From Eledone cirrhosa (taxonomy: Eukaryota), in NCBI GenBank assembly GCA_964016885.1, contig OZ024743.1, forward strand, positions 23,932,001 to 23,996,000: 64,000 nucleotides of DNA. Direction: 5' to 3'. The notes beneath the pieces were generated by a model. The model was not told where the DNA came from and did no database searches. It was given only the letters and a program-made list of their open reading frames with translations. Positions 33,541 through 47,400 of the stretch are shown here, piece by piece; within the stretch, counting starts at the first letter, position 1, and each line of letters begins with the position of its first letter. The translations under genes were made by a program, and so were the position numbers.

Positions 33541-34139
33541 TGGTGTGGTCCGAAACAGCTGAGATTCGGTGGATCAGATATTTGGAAGTCATGGGTTTGG
33601 CATAATGGGAATGAAAAGAATCCGTAGTCGGAGTTACAGATAAACACTTCTCAGCCGTTTAAATCTGACCTCCGAAATGCTTGCAATCGCCTTCTTTTCT
33701 GAAAAAAGAGTGAAGTGAGGTGAGAGTTGAACCCTCGGATTTTCCCAGTATTAGAGATTTCTTCAGTGCAAATAAGAGAGGTGGGAAGGGAGGGGGACAC
33801 TCGCAGTTACGGATTAGCACCTCTCAGCCGTTTAAATTTATAGAAAAATAATCCCTTGATACTGAAGGATGTTTTGATCCTTCATCATTTTATACTGATG
33901 TGGAAACCATTGTAAACTTAATTAATTGTTCCCCAATTTCTAAATCCACCATTGCAATGAGGGGTGGCTGTGTGAAAGAGTAACCCTTAACCTCCAAAAC
34001 ATCACAGTGAAGGCCATCAACAATATCTCTCACAAATGATCCCTGGGGGTAGCCAGATCTATAAATCTATTAATAAAGTTGTCGACAAGTACGATACTGT
34101 TCATTAGATTGTTACATTTCTCAATAATCTGGAGTTGTA

Positions 34140-34520
34140 AGGTATCTCCCACAAAACCTTGAATTGAAGAAGAGCACAGTCACCATGCTTCTCAGAATCC
34201 TGGATCAGCCAATGGGATGTGTATGGTTGTGACTGAACTAAAGACTCACATTATCGAAGCCCAAATCCTCAATGGATGTAATAAGGGAGACATCGCATTT
34301 AAACCTAGAATGTTGCTAATATCAAAAGGTGTCCCCTTTCATTTGAAATGATTGCAATTCCCAGTGAGTCAGTTACGCAATGACCATTAAAAAGTCCCAA
34401 AGTTGTCGGTCTCCGTCTAGAAGAGGGCTGTTTCTCACATGGTTCATGATATGTGGGTTATTCCAAACCAGGAAGACCCCATAAACTTTTCATATATGCT
34501 CCAAAGAAAAAAGTTTAAAA
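34140..34520 (+). mobile_element. Decayed Helitron PIF1-like helicase C-terminal fragment
   Basis: Broken frame MLLR...[19 protein letters not shown]...LQFPV...YAMTIKKSQ..VVGL.L...CFSHG..YVG (helicase motifs V/VI). Confidence 0.8.
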
Positions 34521-34569
34521 CATTTTATATACATTTTTCTGTTATTATTTTCTTTATTACTGCCCTTTA

Positions 34570-34925
34570 TGATCTGAGTTCAAATCCTGCCGAGGTTAAC
34601 TTTGCCTTTCATCCTTACGAGGTCGATAAAATAAAGTACCAGTAATGTACTGGGTATTTACTGGCCTTGTGCCAAAAGTAGAAACAATTATTTTCTTTAT
34701 TACTAAATCCACCATTCCAATGAGTGATGGATTAGCAGTATCGGTAGAGGGTCGGACGCCATGCTTTGCAGCCTAGAGTTACGGCTCTTTATGGTCTGAG
34801 TTCAAATCCCGCCAAGGTTAATTTTGCCTTTCATCCTTACGGGGTCGATAAAATAAAGTACCAGTAATACACTGGAATAATTTCTGGCCTTGTGCCTAAA
34901 GTAGAAACAATTATTTTCTTTATTA
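34570..34925 (+). mobile_element. Two tandem family 2 SINEs
   Basis: A partial copy and then a near-full copy, each ending GGCCTTGTGCC.AAAGTAGAAACAATTATT. Confidence 0.85.
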
Positions 34926-35199
34926 CTTTGTGTATTTAGATATTCTAAAAAAAAATATATAAAAATTATGTTATGCAATATTTCAATACATTTTAACATC
35001 TTTTATTCTAAGGAAAATGGACACTACGACATATGACAAAAGGTGCCTTATAAATAGATCTGAGGAGCACAGTACAGACCGGGAGGCCGCTAATATATAT
35101 ATATATATTGGACGCTTAAAGGTTGTATATTACCATCCCCAAAAGGGTCCAAATGGGAGCAAGCGTTTACAATATATATAGCAGGGAACCTATCGGGCC

Positions 35200-35360
<161 letters not shown>

Positions 35361-35619
35361 AGAATCAAAGCTATGTTCAAAACATTCTAGGTTTAAATGC
35401 GATGTCTCCCTTATTACATCCATTGAGGATTTGGGCTTCGATAATGTTATCATATGCACGAAAGCAAAAGATTATTGATTAAGGATAGAGAGAAGAGGAG
35501 AAAAAAAATAAGTTTATAGTATAAACCCAGGGAGGGAGACTTGTACTGTAATGGTTAAACAGTGTATAATTAGATGAGGTAAAAATATATATATAAATAT
35601 ATATTTGGGCATAGCTTGG

Positions 35620-35830
35620 TGAATGATTATTTTCGAATCCTTAAATTAATTAGAAATAGTCAATTAATCAAAACATCAAATATATATCTGGGTGTAGTTA
35701 TATGACGGTTTATTTTCGAATCCTTAAGTTAATTAGAAATAGTCAATTAATCAAATATATATATCCCGGCGCATCCGGATGACCGTTAAATTTCGAATCC
35801 TTATGTTAGTTAGAAATAGTGAATTAATCT
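35620..35830. repeat. Three-copy minisatellite, unit about 80 bp
   Basis: TTTCGAATCCTTA..TTA.TTAGAAATAGT.AATTAATC occurs at about 35631, 35714 and 35791. Confidence 0.85.
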
Positions 35831-36599
35831 AATGGCATAAGATTTCTGACTATAAAATTTATAAGGATTTATATTATAGTATAATATCATATTTAAAGTG
35901 TTTGCAAACATGAGAAAGAAAAGACTTAAGATTTTCATCAACCCGAAGGTAATCCAAATTAAATTATATTAAAAAATTATATTAAAAAATATTCATTATA
36001 TAATTTAGAAAATAATTACAATTATAAAGTTAAAATTAGAATGCTCTTAAATATCCAAAAGCCATATAAATGTACTTAAAAAGGATATTATTAAACTAGA
36101 TATACGTATTTGTTTAAATTTATACAAAAAGTATACTGTTTAAAGTTTAAGACGATATTAGTCAGTTATATATAATATAATAAATATAATTACTGTTAAT
36201 AGTGTTATAAATAAAGTTTTACATCAAGTTAAGTGGAAAAAATTAGTCAACTAGGATCATGTAAGACATATATACTATAAATATACAAATCAAACTTCTT
36301 GAATCATAAAACACAGATTCAAAATAAATAAATGAATGGTTTACGAGTCCATTTAAGTGTCAAATATATAAGTTATATAATTTAAAAAAAAAAACGAAAA
36401 TTAAATGTATTTAAACAATCAAATGATATGCATACTCATCAAAAGATCATGTTCACAATTTATATGTTTATGTAGAACCCTTAATCTAACATTAATCATA
36501 TCGTAAATAATAAAAATTATTAGAAGGTTTTATAATCTGTTATAGTATCGTTTTACGCACTCAGTTGATAATAAACGTCAAAATCAAAACTTATTTATT

Positions 36600-37200
36600 C
36601 AATGTTTTTTCCTGACTTTTTGTGAGTCTTGGAATGTAGATGTAGCTTTATGTAAGCAATTAGAGAATAATTCACTTATTTTGTTAATTAAGTTATCATA
36701 ATTAGTAATTATTAATAGGGTCTCCATAGTACAAAGATTGCAGTTAGGTGATATTGAAGAATTTAAATAGACTTGACCATTACACAGCTTGGACCAAGAA
36801 ATCGAGTATTTTAAATTTTTGTCTTTTAATGACCATACAAGTTGTGATAAAGAGGTCGAAAATTTCCTATTAGGATTCGAGAATGAATATTTGTGATTCG
36901 AAAATCTTAATTTAAAGGTCGATGAAGTTGCACCAATATAGTTGTATGTGATGTTATTTGCTTTGACGGTGCATTTATAGACCAGATTGCTATCCAGACA
37001 ATTATTTTGCAGAGGGCAATTTCATCTATTTCTACAATTACATTTCGATGTATTGTTATTACTATAATTTGAACAATTCACGTTAACATTGCTAGTACTT
37101 GGAAGTGTTCTATTGATAGTGGTTAAATTAATGTTATTGTTATTCCCAGTATTAATATTGTTAGTGTTAATATAGTCATTATCCCTGTTGAAATAGCTCA
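36600..37200 (-). mobile_element. Second Penelope-like GIY-YIG fragment, different clade (tentatively Hydra-type)
   Basis: Minus strand KCNCRNR*NCPLQNNCL..NLVYKCTV...YIGATSSTFKLRFSNHKYSF...LSQLVWSLK...ISW...CNLC...INKISELFSNCLH. Confidence 0.78.
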
Positions 37201-37261
37201 GTACCTCTGAAATATGTATAATAAAATATACTTGATCACATAATTATTAATAATGGTATAT

Positions 37262-37320
37262 CGTGTAATGACCATATTCGATAACGAGGGGGCAGCAGCC
37301 ATCATGTATGTATGTATGTA
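37262..37320 (+). mobile_element. Orphan about 55-bp 3' terminus of the BovB-like RTE lineage
   Basis: GTGTAATGACCATATTCGATAACGAGGGGGCAGCAGCCATC(ATGT)n matches 1931-1990. Confidence 0.85.
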
Positions 37321-37962
37321 ATAAATTATAGCGATTATTTCTATGGTCGAGGTGGTGAGTTGATTCTATTGTGGTGTTGGTTCGTTTGTTGCGTATGTGC
37401 TAACTTGTAGCTTGCCGTGTGGTGTGGTCACTGTTGTGCGATGCAGTGTGACTAGAGGTTGCATGTGTGCAGGCAAGTAGGTAAGTGTTCAATAAGATGA
37501 TGATGATGTGATAGTTCCTTGATCACGCAGAAAATGAATATATATAAATGAACCACGATGACACTAAACCACTATATTATTAATTTATTGAAAATAGCTC
37601 ACGCCGGAGCTATACTAAAAGTACAGGGGCATTATGGACGTTATTTGTTTGTTAAAAGTAGAATTCAAGTCGTATTTACCAAGAAAACTTCATGAACTTC
37701 ACTGGCTTGGATAAGAGACTAAGAGATAGAGATTGAATGAAAGAGATAGAGAGATTAAGAGGAAGTAAGAGTCTGTAAAACCCCAAGAGGTCTGTAAAGA
37801 ACTGCTGCCTCTGCTGGTCTAGGGCAGGCTATTCATATCTGTCGCTTCCTCTGTCCCCTGGTCGTCCACTCTCAGACTTGTTTACGCCCGAAAGGAGATA
37901 ACCCAGAAAATGACCGTTAAATGTCACTCAGGGGTCAAGGTGTGGACAGATTTCCCTATACA
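37317..37962 (-). mobile_element. Probable solo LTR related to 26181-26899
   Basis: TG...CA ends (plus strand TGTAATAA ... CCCTATACA). Shares TCAAGG.G.GGACAGATTTC.CTA and TCGCTTCC..TGTCCCC blocks with the other LTR. Confidence 0.5.
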
Positions 37963-38074
37963 ATGTGGTAAAAATATATAAAGGACAAAGGATGATAAAA
38001 AAAAACACGTTCGTTTTTGTTCTGCATATTTTTTTATTTTTTATTCTTTTAAAGATGATAATAACCCCGAAACC

Positions 38075-38700
38075 AATCAATGAAAGGTTTTGGCGCTCTA
38101 CTATCCCAAGAACAGGATGACTCTTGAAAACGACCGCGGTTGTGTTTACAGTGTATGAATTTGGATTTGTCGATTTTCACAATTACACCATTTCCCCCAA
38201 TCTTCATAGGATTGTCAATATATCGCATCATCATATAGTATATCATGATCGTCGTCATCATCATCATCATCATCGTCGTCATCATCATCATCATCATCAT
38301 CATTTAATGTCTATTTTCCATGTTTGCATGGCTAGACGGGCAGTCATGTTATTAAGTTAGACACATTAGGTGACCACGTTTTGCTGATATGCTTCCTTTT
38401 TGACTTGGTTTTCTATGGCTGGATACCCTTCTTAATGCCAACCCCTTTATAGTGTGGACTGGGAGCATTTTGTGGCACCAGCACCAAAACCTTACAGGGT
38501 GATCGGGGTGGCTTTTTTTCGTGGTCCCAGTACGACCACCTTACAGAGTGGACTAAGTGCCACCTTACTGGGCACTTTTTGTTCAGGCACCCAGATATAT
38601 CTCTGAAGTAGTTATACCAGTTATCAATTGCTTCAGTACCAACACCAACCTGCTTCATAACAACAGTTTGTTTGCTGTCAGTTGCCAACCACCAATAAGA
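38075..38700 (-). mobile_element. Merlin (IS1595/ISXO2-like) transposase fragment split by an RTE-tail element
   Basis: 38593-38700 reads AIDNWYNYFRDI. 38075-38228 reads RYIDNPMKIGGNGVIVKIDKSKF..KHNRGR (the KIGG..VEIDESK..YNRGR motif). Confidence 0.8.
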
Positions 38701-38999
38701 CGAATTCTACAAGGCGAGGTGGTGGGTTGTGAGACCCAGAGAAAAAAAGAATCTTGTCCATTTCTTTAATATGTAAACAACTAGCAGTACTACCCAACAT
38801 TGCCCAGGAAAGAGGTGACTCAGTTGGTGAACAATTTCCTGGAAAAGAATAGTTACATAAATATATTATTTAAAACACATTTCGTGTTCTCTCTCTGTAT
38901 GTGTGCCCATGCCTCTCTTCTTGTGTTCTGTTGTTACAATACTGAAAAGAACGTATACATTTACGAAAGAACTCAAGACAGATTACCCTTGTAGAAGAT

Positions 39000-39790
39000 C
39001 ACCTCTCCTAAACCCTTCTCTAATAAAACTTTATGTTGACTGTAAAATGTGATCACTGTTTTGCAGAGTTCTCTGTAGCGTATGTGGGTAGGTCGGATAA
39101 TCAAGACCGTTTGAAACCTCAAGGACACAAAACATGTTTTGTTGGTAGTTCGTCACATAAAAAAATGTTTAACTAAAAATTAATCGAATTAGAACTTTGT
39201 TGCTGCTAAAGAAGTCTCTTTCGTTTTTCATATCAAAGTTGGTCTCAAAACGTTTTTAACCAAAGTTTCACCTTGCAGAGACAAAATGTGAAGGCATTGC
39301 ACTCATAGCTAAATCTGAGCTTGCTAAAGATCTCGTAGGGGTAAATTCTGTGATAATTTCTATGGATGATTCAAGTAAAAAAAAAATGTTCAAATGATAC
39401 TTTTCATTATTCGATATTACATTTGTGGTCACTGGGGTACAAGTCAAATGTTTGGAAATGATTACAGTTCCAGGTGAGATGACTGAGATCTTGACTAATG
39501 CCTTAGTCTGTTATTGACAGTTATCAGTTGACGGAAAAAAATTGTTGGATTTTGTGGAGACAACTGTAACACAAATTTTGGTAGCATAAAACAAAAAGGC
39601 ATAACATTTTTAGACGATTAAAAACTAAACTTAAAAGGGACCTTGTTTGCATTGCCTGTGCTGCACACATTGTGCACAACTGTCTCCAAACTACTGTTGT
39701 TATATTATCAATTGATATCAAAGCATTTATAAAACTTTTCAAATATTTTCACTCATAGAGAGTATGCGTAACATAGCTAAATACATTTTG
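39000..39790 (+). mobile_element. Decayed hAT-like transposase
   Basis: Fragments ISMDDSS, GVQVKCLE, CGDNCNTNFG and IACAAHIVHNCLQ (CxxH motif), with many stops and frameshifts. Confidence 0.7.
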
Positions 39791-40605
39791 TGACTTTTCT
39801 GTGTGTGGTTAAATTCTGGAGACAACGTTTTAGCTAAGTGTTGAGCAGTTTGCAGTTAAGATCAACTAAAGGATTGGAAAGCAAGTATTAAATATTGATC
39901 AATTATTTGATATGGTTGTTATTGCAAAGAACCTTTAGGCTTCGAAGGCGAAAGTGTGGATAACACAGAATTTTAAGTATCGTATTTCCCGGCGTCAAAG
40001 ATGCTATTTTTTCCTAAAATAAGTCTCGAAAATCTACCATGCATCGTGGAGGCTGAAGGTTGCGTTTCTCATTTACATGACTTAACCCAAGAGGAAAATT
40101 ATCTATGCTAGACAGTAATCTGAACACCTGTATATAACCTCTCAATGAAGTGTATAAATTATATCTAGTTAAAGTAGTATATAAACAAAAGTATCATTAC
40201 AAAAATTAAAAATATATACGCAATCACAAAAATTCATATTACAATTTTGCTTCGACATAGCTGTATACATGTAAGTACGTGGATTTCGTATATCTAATAT
40301 CATTAGATACAAATAAAATTATCGAGAATCGGAACTTCGGCCCACGAAATAACGAAAAACAATCTTCGAAATGTGCGGCAAAGTGCTCAATGGTTCGGAT
40401 AAACCAGAGCTATAACTAACGTTTAATACCAAGACACTGAGACGATGCTTAAACAATCATTCGCAAAGCGCCCCCCCCCCCCACACACACACACAAAAAA
40501 AACAAAAAAACGATCAAGTAATTCGGGTCAAGCAAATAAAAATATATATGATTGAAAAATTGAAAAATATATATGATTTACAAATTTCACACACACACAC
40601 ACACA

Positions 40606-40645
<40 letters not shown>

Positions 40646-40959
40646 CATTATAATTTTATTTGTGCGTGTGTATATATATATATATATTATATATATACAC
40701 ACGCACAAATAAAATTTCAGTTTGAAAGAAATATTTTTCGGTTTCATTTTAAGTACACTTTTATGATGACTAATAAAGAACGTAAAGATATCGGTAGATT
40801 CTTATATGTGTCTTGTAACAAGAAATCCTGTGTGTTATCTCTACATTAGAACCAGTTTTTTTTCTGTTTTCTTTTCGGAAATTTAATGCCGTTAGTGTTT
40901 GTATCATCATCATCATCATCATCATCGTCATCGTCATCATCATCATCATCCTCCTCCTC

Positions 40960-41175
40960 CTCCTCCTCCTTCTTCTTCTTCTTCTTCTTCTTCTTCTTGG
41001 TGGGAGAAGAGTCCTCAAACACTCGATCCAACTGGCGAGACCAGGCAAGCTCAGGGATATTATCGGACCCTTTTGCTTGGGGTCTATCCCTGGGTCTCCT
41101 GGCAGTTGGTTTATACCGTAAAATCTGCCCAGCGATTCTTCAAATTGAAGATAGCGAGTTTGACTTTATACCCCT
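40960..41175 (-). mobile_element. Expander/Rex3-like RTE 3' fragment; related fragment at about 50330-50700 (+)
   Basis: RIAGQILRYKPTARRPRDRP...IPELAWSR with an (AAG)n tail. The second copy reads RIARQNFQAKSTGRRPGGR...SRLG. Confidence 0.6.
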
Positions 41176-41524
41176 CTCCCTTCTTATAAGTGGAGGCTGA
41201 ATCTGGCACATTACTGCACCAGCTCCTGCCATTCTTGCACTTAATCCAGCCTCCTGCCTTTCATCACTCGTGAACTCAGCTCTGAGAAACTTGAACTTCA
41301 CCTACTTCAGTAAAACTCCACTCACATGCAGCGACTGCAGACTTCATTAAAAGAACGAGTGTCTCAGTCTTTGCAGCACTTGGCAGCAAACCTATCAAGT
41401 GCATATCGGATATCACATTTCCGTTGAGTTAAGTAAAAACATGTCATCTGTCATATTTGTCTTAATAAACTTATTTTTCAGTGACTTCTCAATCAGGCGA
41501 AAAAGACACTCTTCGACAAACCTA

Positions 41525-41800
41525 CATTTGGCGCAAAATCAATTTTTAACATTCACGTGACCTCTACCGACCAATCAAAATTGTTTTGACTACAAGAATT
41601 TTTACAACACGAATTGGCGCGAAATTTATAATACTCATTCACGTGACATTCAACAACCAACCAAATCTTAATATCTCTGGGGCCACGTTTTTCACACAAA
41701 ACAGGAAGAATTTCCAAAACTGATCAGATTAGAGCAAACATCATGAGCGCTCTATCTCAAAATTATTTGAAAAGCATTAGAAATGCGCAACCGGTAAAAA
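41525..41800 (+). promoter_or_regulatory. Candidate JAK promoter: duplicated E2F-like/E-box/CCAAT module, ETS-like site, possible non-coding first exon donor at about 41793
   Basis: TTGGCGCAAAA..TCACGTGAC..CCAATCA, then TTGGCGCGAAA..TCACGTGAC..CCAACCA, and ACAGGAAG at 41701. Non-repetitive DNA about 0.9 kb upstream of the ATG exon. Confidence 0.55.
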
Positions 41801-41938
41801 CTTAAAACTAAAACTGAATACTAACCAATACTTATTACTAATTTATACTTATTCCTAATTAAACTATTTTTCACTGGGAAAAATTTGTTAGCATTTTCTT
41901 TTCCTTTTACTAATATATCACAACTCGTGTATTACACC

Positions 41939-42023
<85 letters not shown>

Positions 42024-42506
42024 AGATCAAAAGATGGTTAAAAGAGTCCCATGTATTTTATTATGCGCATTTCAAAAACAAACATCATCATGCAATAGTA
42101 TTTGTGTTTTCATCAGATAAAATAGGAAGACATGATATGAAGGTTAAAAAACACTTGTGAATAGTGCAGTTTTGAATCAACATATGAAAAGTAGTTTTAG
42201 ATTGATGTGTGATATTGGGGAACAAAATTTTTGAGGGGGAGGAGGTTGGAAAGGATGAAAAAGAGGAGGAGATGAGAGTAAAAAGTGGAGGGGGAGGAGT
42301 ATAATGAGGAAGGATGAGACAGGAGGAGAGATGGGTGATAGAGAGAGAGAGATAGCTTTTATAACTGAGAAAAATATATTGTTTTACATAGAGAGGTTGA
42401 AAAACCGTTGGAAGATAATGTATAAATTAAAAGAATTTGAAAATTAACGAAGAGAAAAATAATGTAAAGTTAAGGTTTGTATATTGAAGGGTTTAATAAT
42501 ATGTGC

Positions 42507-42563
<57 letters not shown>

Positions 42564-42641
42564 ATGTATATATGTATCAACATATCTTAATATATATATG
42601 TATGTATATATCTATTTTCTTTGATATTCTATTTCAGAAAC

Positions 42642-42700
42642 ATGGCGAAACTATTGAATGAGTGTATTAACCTCATTTACGCTCACCACAACCCAAATAG
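42642..42700 (+). CDS. JAK: JAK-like gene, first coding exon
   Basis: tttcag|AAAC ATG G...AAT AG|gtcagt. Encodes MAKLLNECINLIYAHHNPN(R). Phase 2 joins in frame to the exon at 50892. Confidence 0.7.
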
Positions 42701-42779
42701 GTCAGTATTATTTCATTATCGATTCTTTTTTCAAAGGGGGAGGAGGAGTAGGGGCTCTGAATTATAAGCTCTTTCATTA

Positions 42780-43175
42780 TTGGTGGATTGGCAGTATCGG
42801 TAGAGGGTCGGGCGCCATGCTTTGAAGCATAGAGTTACGTCCCTTTATGATCTGAGTTCAAATCCCGCCGAGGTTAACTTTGCCTTTCATCCTTACGGGG
42901 TCGATAAAATAAAGTACCAGTAATGTACTGGGTAATTGCTGGCCTTGTGCCTAAAATAGAAACAATTATTATCTTCATTAAGGGCGGTGAATTGACAGTA
43001 TCGGTAGAGGGTTGGACGCCATGCTTTCTAGCATAGTTACGTCCCTTTACGGTCTGAGTTCAAATCCCGTCGAGGTTAACTTTGCCTTTTATCCTTATGG
43101 GGCCGATAAAATAAAGTACCAGTAATACATTGGGATAATTGCTGGCCTTGTGCCAAAAGTAGAAACAACTATTAT
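42780..43175 (+). mobile_element. Two head-to-tail family 2 SINEs
   Basis: Two complete A box-B box-core-tail units. Confidence 0.88.
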
Positions 43176-43570
43176 CTTCATTTGAAAAGGAAAATCAGGG
43201 TGCAGAGGGAAGTGTTCCCTTCCCAGCAATTTGTTGAAAGATGGGTGAGAGAGGCGAGCATGGCCCGAGTGAATGGACCTGCTCTGAGTATGCGCCTGTA
43301 GATTGGATGTAGAAAACTGGGAGAGGGCACTTGTCCTGGTGTTCAGGTTCGCTGAGGTTTTTTGTGGGCTTTCTCCACGAGTGACCCTCAGAAGCCCCTC
43401 TCCCCATTGGAGAATTTTCTTTTCTTTCATTTTTTTCGTTACTTCCTTTGTTATTGTTTTTTTTTCTTTACACGCAGAAATACCCATTTATACCGCCCTG
43501 TACTATCCTGTACCGCCCTTAATGTTATACTTTGTCACCCCTTGTGGTTAATAAAGAAAGGATTATTATC
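43176..43570 (+). mobile_element. 3' fragment of a Tx1/L1 LINE
   Basis: Homologous to 48700-49120 (FHLKRKIR... and 3' UTR), ending CCTTGTGGTTAATAAAGAAAGGATTATT. Confidence 0.85.
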
Positions 43571-44433
43571 TTCAGATCTTTTTTACTACCCCCTCCCTAC
43601 TACTACTACTACTACTACTGCTACTGCTGCTGATGCTGCTGCTGCTGCTGCTGCTACCACTACTACTAATTGTTTCTATTTTTGGCACAAGGTCAGCAAT
43701 TATCCCAGTGCATTACTGAATAATAATAATAATAATGATTTCACGTATAGGCACAAGGCCAGCAATTTGGGGGTGGGGAAAGTCGATCAAATCAACCCCA
43801 GTACATTACTGGTACTTTATTTTATCGAGCCTGTAAGGCTGAAAGGCAAAGTTACATAAAGTTACATCATAAGAAGCAGATATCATCATTTTTACATCCA
43901 CTTTTCCATGCTGGCATGGGTTAAATGGGATATTTTGAAGCAATGTTTTACAGCCAAATGTCCTTCCTGGCACCAAACCTTTTTAGTCATCTCAAAGATA
44001 TATAGATAAATGGTAAACTATTCAGGGCTGCTCCATATTTTGAGATGTGAAATTTCTGCAGTAGCAGTATACTGTTTGATTGTTATGGCACACAGTGTAA
44101 ATGTGATTGGCGTTAGGAAGGGCATCCAACTGTAGAAACCAAGCCCAAATCAGCCCCGGGTGAGCGAAACACGGTCCTCTAACCCGATTCTCTCCCAAAG
44201 GGTCAACCCGTCCTACCCATGCTAGCGTGGAAAATGGCCGTTAAACGATGATAATGAGGTAGAGCGTCAGACGCCATGCTTATGCAGTATAGAGTTACGG
44301 CCATTTATGATCTGAGTTCAAATCCCGCCGAGGTTAACTTTGCCTTTCATCCTTACGGGGTCGATAAAAGAAAGTAGCAGTCACGCACTGGGTTGATTTA
44401 ATCGACTTTCCCCTCCCGCAAAATTGCTGGCCT

Positions 44434-47400
44434 TAGGCATGCAAATGCTTATACAAACTGACCAGGAATGTATCGACGTTATCCCCAATATCATAGACAT
44501 CGAGGAAGGACTCCAACTCCCTATAAGTGTATACAGAAGACGGCCAAAATGTTATCTCTGTGGGTCGAAGGGTCACCTCAGGGCCTTTTGCCCGCAGAAG
44601 ACAGCGAAGAAGAAGGCCCCCTCCTTCCAATACCTGGTCCGCTGCTACCAAGAGCAGGGCAGGAAACAAACGCAGAAGCCCCTTCCACGGTGAGTAGGAG
44701 GGCAACGTCCGTGGAACCCGTACCAAGGCCACGGACAACTAAAGCAGCATCATCAGTAGCGGCAACACCAATAGCTACATTTGAAATAGCTACACCAGCA
44801 ACAAAATTGCCGAAGAGGGCTCCACTACCACCACCAACGGCCGTGGAGCCCATACCCCTCCCAGACGCCACAGAATCCGACATGGAGTTTGAGGCGGGAG
44901 TGAAGTGGCAAAAAACCCCTTAGATTCACCCTCCAAAAGCGAAGGCACACAAAGAGGGGTAAAGGCAGCAAGGAAACTTGCAGCAACACCACCACCATCA
45001 CCATCACCACCACAAGCACCACCGCCAACAACAACCACACCACCACCAGCATCACCGAAAACACCAACAACGCAAACAAAACAAAACACACACACCAAAC
45101 AGCAACAAGAAGAAAACAGCAACAAAATCACCCCTCCCCCCCAAAAGTACACAGCCATAAACATGGCAAAAAAAGAACTCATACAATATATAAAGCAGCA
45201 CACAGACATCACAGAAAAAAACTACTACACCCCACCAACACCAAGAACTCTCCCGACAAACATAAGCATCATTGAAATCTCAATAGAACAGTACAAACCT
45301 TTAAAACAAAAATTCCCCAACGCAGTTGGAGACTTCATAGGGTCGGTTACCAAGAGGATATACACTGACATCCTCTTGGAAACACCCATGACCAGCCAAA
45401 GGGACGGTTCTACTGTCCCTTCACCACACGATCAAGGTAAGTGACCCTTTCTCACTTGCCCCGTTTCTCATCCAACATGGCCGTACTCAGAATAGGCAGT
45501 ATAAATGCACGTGGTCTGGGGTCATCTTGGAAGCAGGGTCACCTGCTCAACGACCTCAGGTCACTAAACATAGATGTGGTGGCCATCAGTGAGACCAGAA
45601 TCTCCGAAGCACAAGCCTTCGCACCGATCTTCGGCGGCTACGATGTATACGCATCTCCCAGCCGTCCAGGATCGGGGGGAGGGGTTGCCGTCCTTTTTCG
45701 GAGAGGCTTGGATCTCGCCATACGGGCCATCTTCCTAGACCCAGAAGGTAAGTCGGTGGTGCTGGACGTGACCGGCAGAGAAGGCAATGCTTTCAGGCTA
45801 GTAGCCGTCTACGCCCCAACAGGGGCAGGACGGCCAGATTTCTTCAGACGTCTAGAGACCTTTCTTGGAACGTCCCGCTCTTTAATGTTAGTGGGCGACT
45901 GGAACGGTATCTTGGATGCACGCTGGGATTGTGTGGGGCTAGTGGATAGGGGACGAGGGTGCAAGAGCCTCACCAACCTGCTCAGACGTTTTGAACTGTC
46001 TGACAGGTATCGACTGGATCACCCGAATGTGCCAATGTGGACATGGACAAACCGCATCGGGTCATCCAGATCGTACCTCGATAGGGTATTCTGCAGAGAA
46101 CTAGATAAGGCTAGTATAAGTTGTCCACAATTTAAAATAGTCGACTACACAGACCACAAATTTGTGATCTGTGAGATCGACATAGACAGACTTCATAGAC
46201 AAGGGCCCAGTTACTGGAAGCTGTACACGTCTTTCCCGGCGCGCAAAGCCTACAGAGACCGGATTAGCGTATTAGTTAAGCGGACGTTGACGGGAGCGGT
46301 CGTCAACAACAGGTGGTGGTTCGCCCTGAAAAGGGCAATTAAAGTAGATTCGATTAGGTTTATCAAAGGACTAGTGATAGAGGAAAATAGAGTAGAGGTA
46401 GAGCTAGTCAGAAAGCTAGAAGAGGCGTTTAAGATAGGCATCGCAACCGACGTGCTTGCGGCGAGATTGGCACTCGATCAATTCTTCAACGCAAAACACG
46501 AAGGCTGCGTTGTCAGAGCTAGAGCGCGTGCTCTGAAACACGAGGAGACAAAAGCCGTCCAATGGGCCCGGGTGGCAGAGGCGCGACGTGGCAACAAAGC
46601 CACAATTTGGTCTTTGTCTGACCAAAACGGGTGCGTGTTGCTCGAACCCGAGCAGATGTGTGAAGCTTTTCAGCAGCACTTTGCTGAACTGTTCGGGAGC
46701 AGCGGCGGCCCAGATCGGAGCATGGACTTCAGTGCATGCCTCGACGGACTGCCTCGGCTCTCGACGATCGCAGCACAGTGTTGCGAAAAGCCAATAACAG
46801 CCGGTGAAATACGGGAAGCGATGGTTAACTGCACGAGGGGTAAATCACCAGGTTTGGATGGTCTGCCCTACAAGCTTTATGCATTTATGCCAGACTTGTT
46901 CGGTGACCTCTTGGCAGCAGAACGGGAGCATTCCCAGTTTTGTGAGCCGAGGAGCGGTGGCGCTGCTGAGAAAAGACCCGAACAAGGGGGATGTTATCGA
47001 TAATTTCAGGCCCATAACCCTGCTAAACGCAGAGTTCAAGATTTTGCCAAGGTGTTAGCAACGAGGTTGGCGCTTGTCGTCAAGGGTCTGGTGGGAGAGG
47101 CGCAGACATGCGCCATTCCGGACAGATCCATACACGACAACCTCTACCTCATGCGATACATCATAGAGAGGGTGGTTAAGGAACCTGGCACGGGTGGGGC
47201 CCTGATCAACTTCGATCAGTCCAAAGCATTCGATAGGGTCGACCATCGGTACTTGGCGGCAGTCCTCGAGGCAGCCGGTTTAGGGCCCGTTTTCAGGGGT
47301 TGGATCGCTACGATGTACAGTGACATCTGCTCAGTTGTGAGGGTGAACGGTCACCTGTCGCAGCCGTTCAGCATCATGCGCTCAGTCCGCTAGGGTTGTC

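Noticed and set aside
42780-42870. tRNA genes suggested by A/B boxes
   Set aside because: No cloverleaf; these are SINE heads followed by core and tail.
44905-45444. Pro/Thr-rich 179-aa ORF as a host gene
   Set aside because: It lies between the ORF1 knuckle and ORF2 of the Tx1 element and is the frameshifted low-complexity ORF1 tail.
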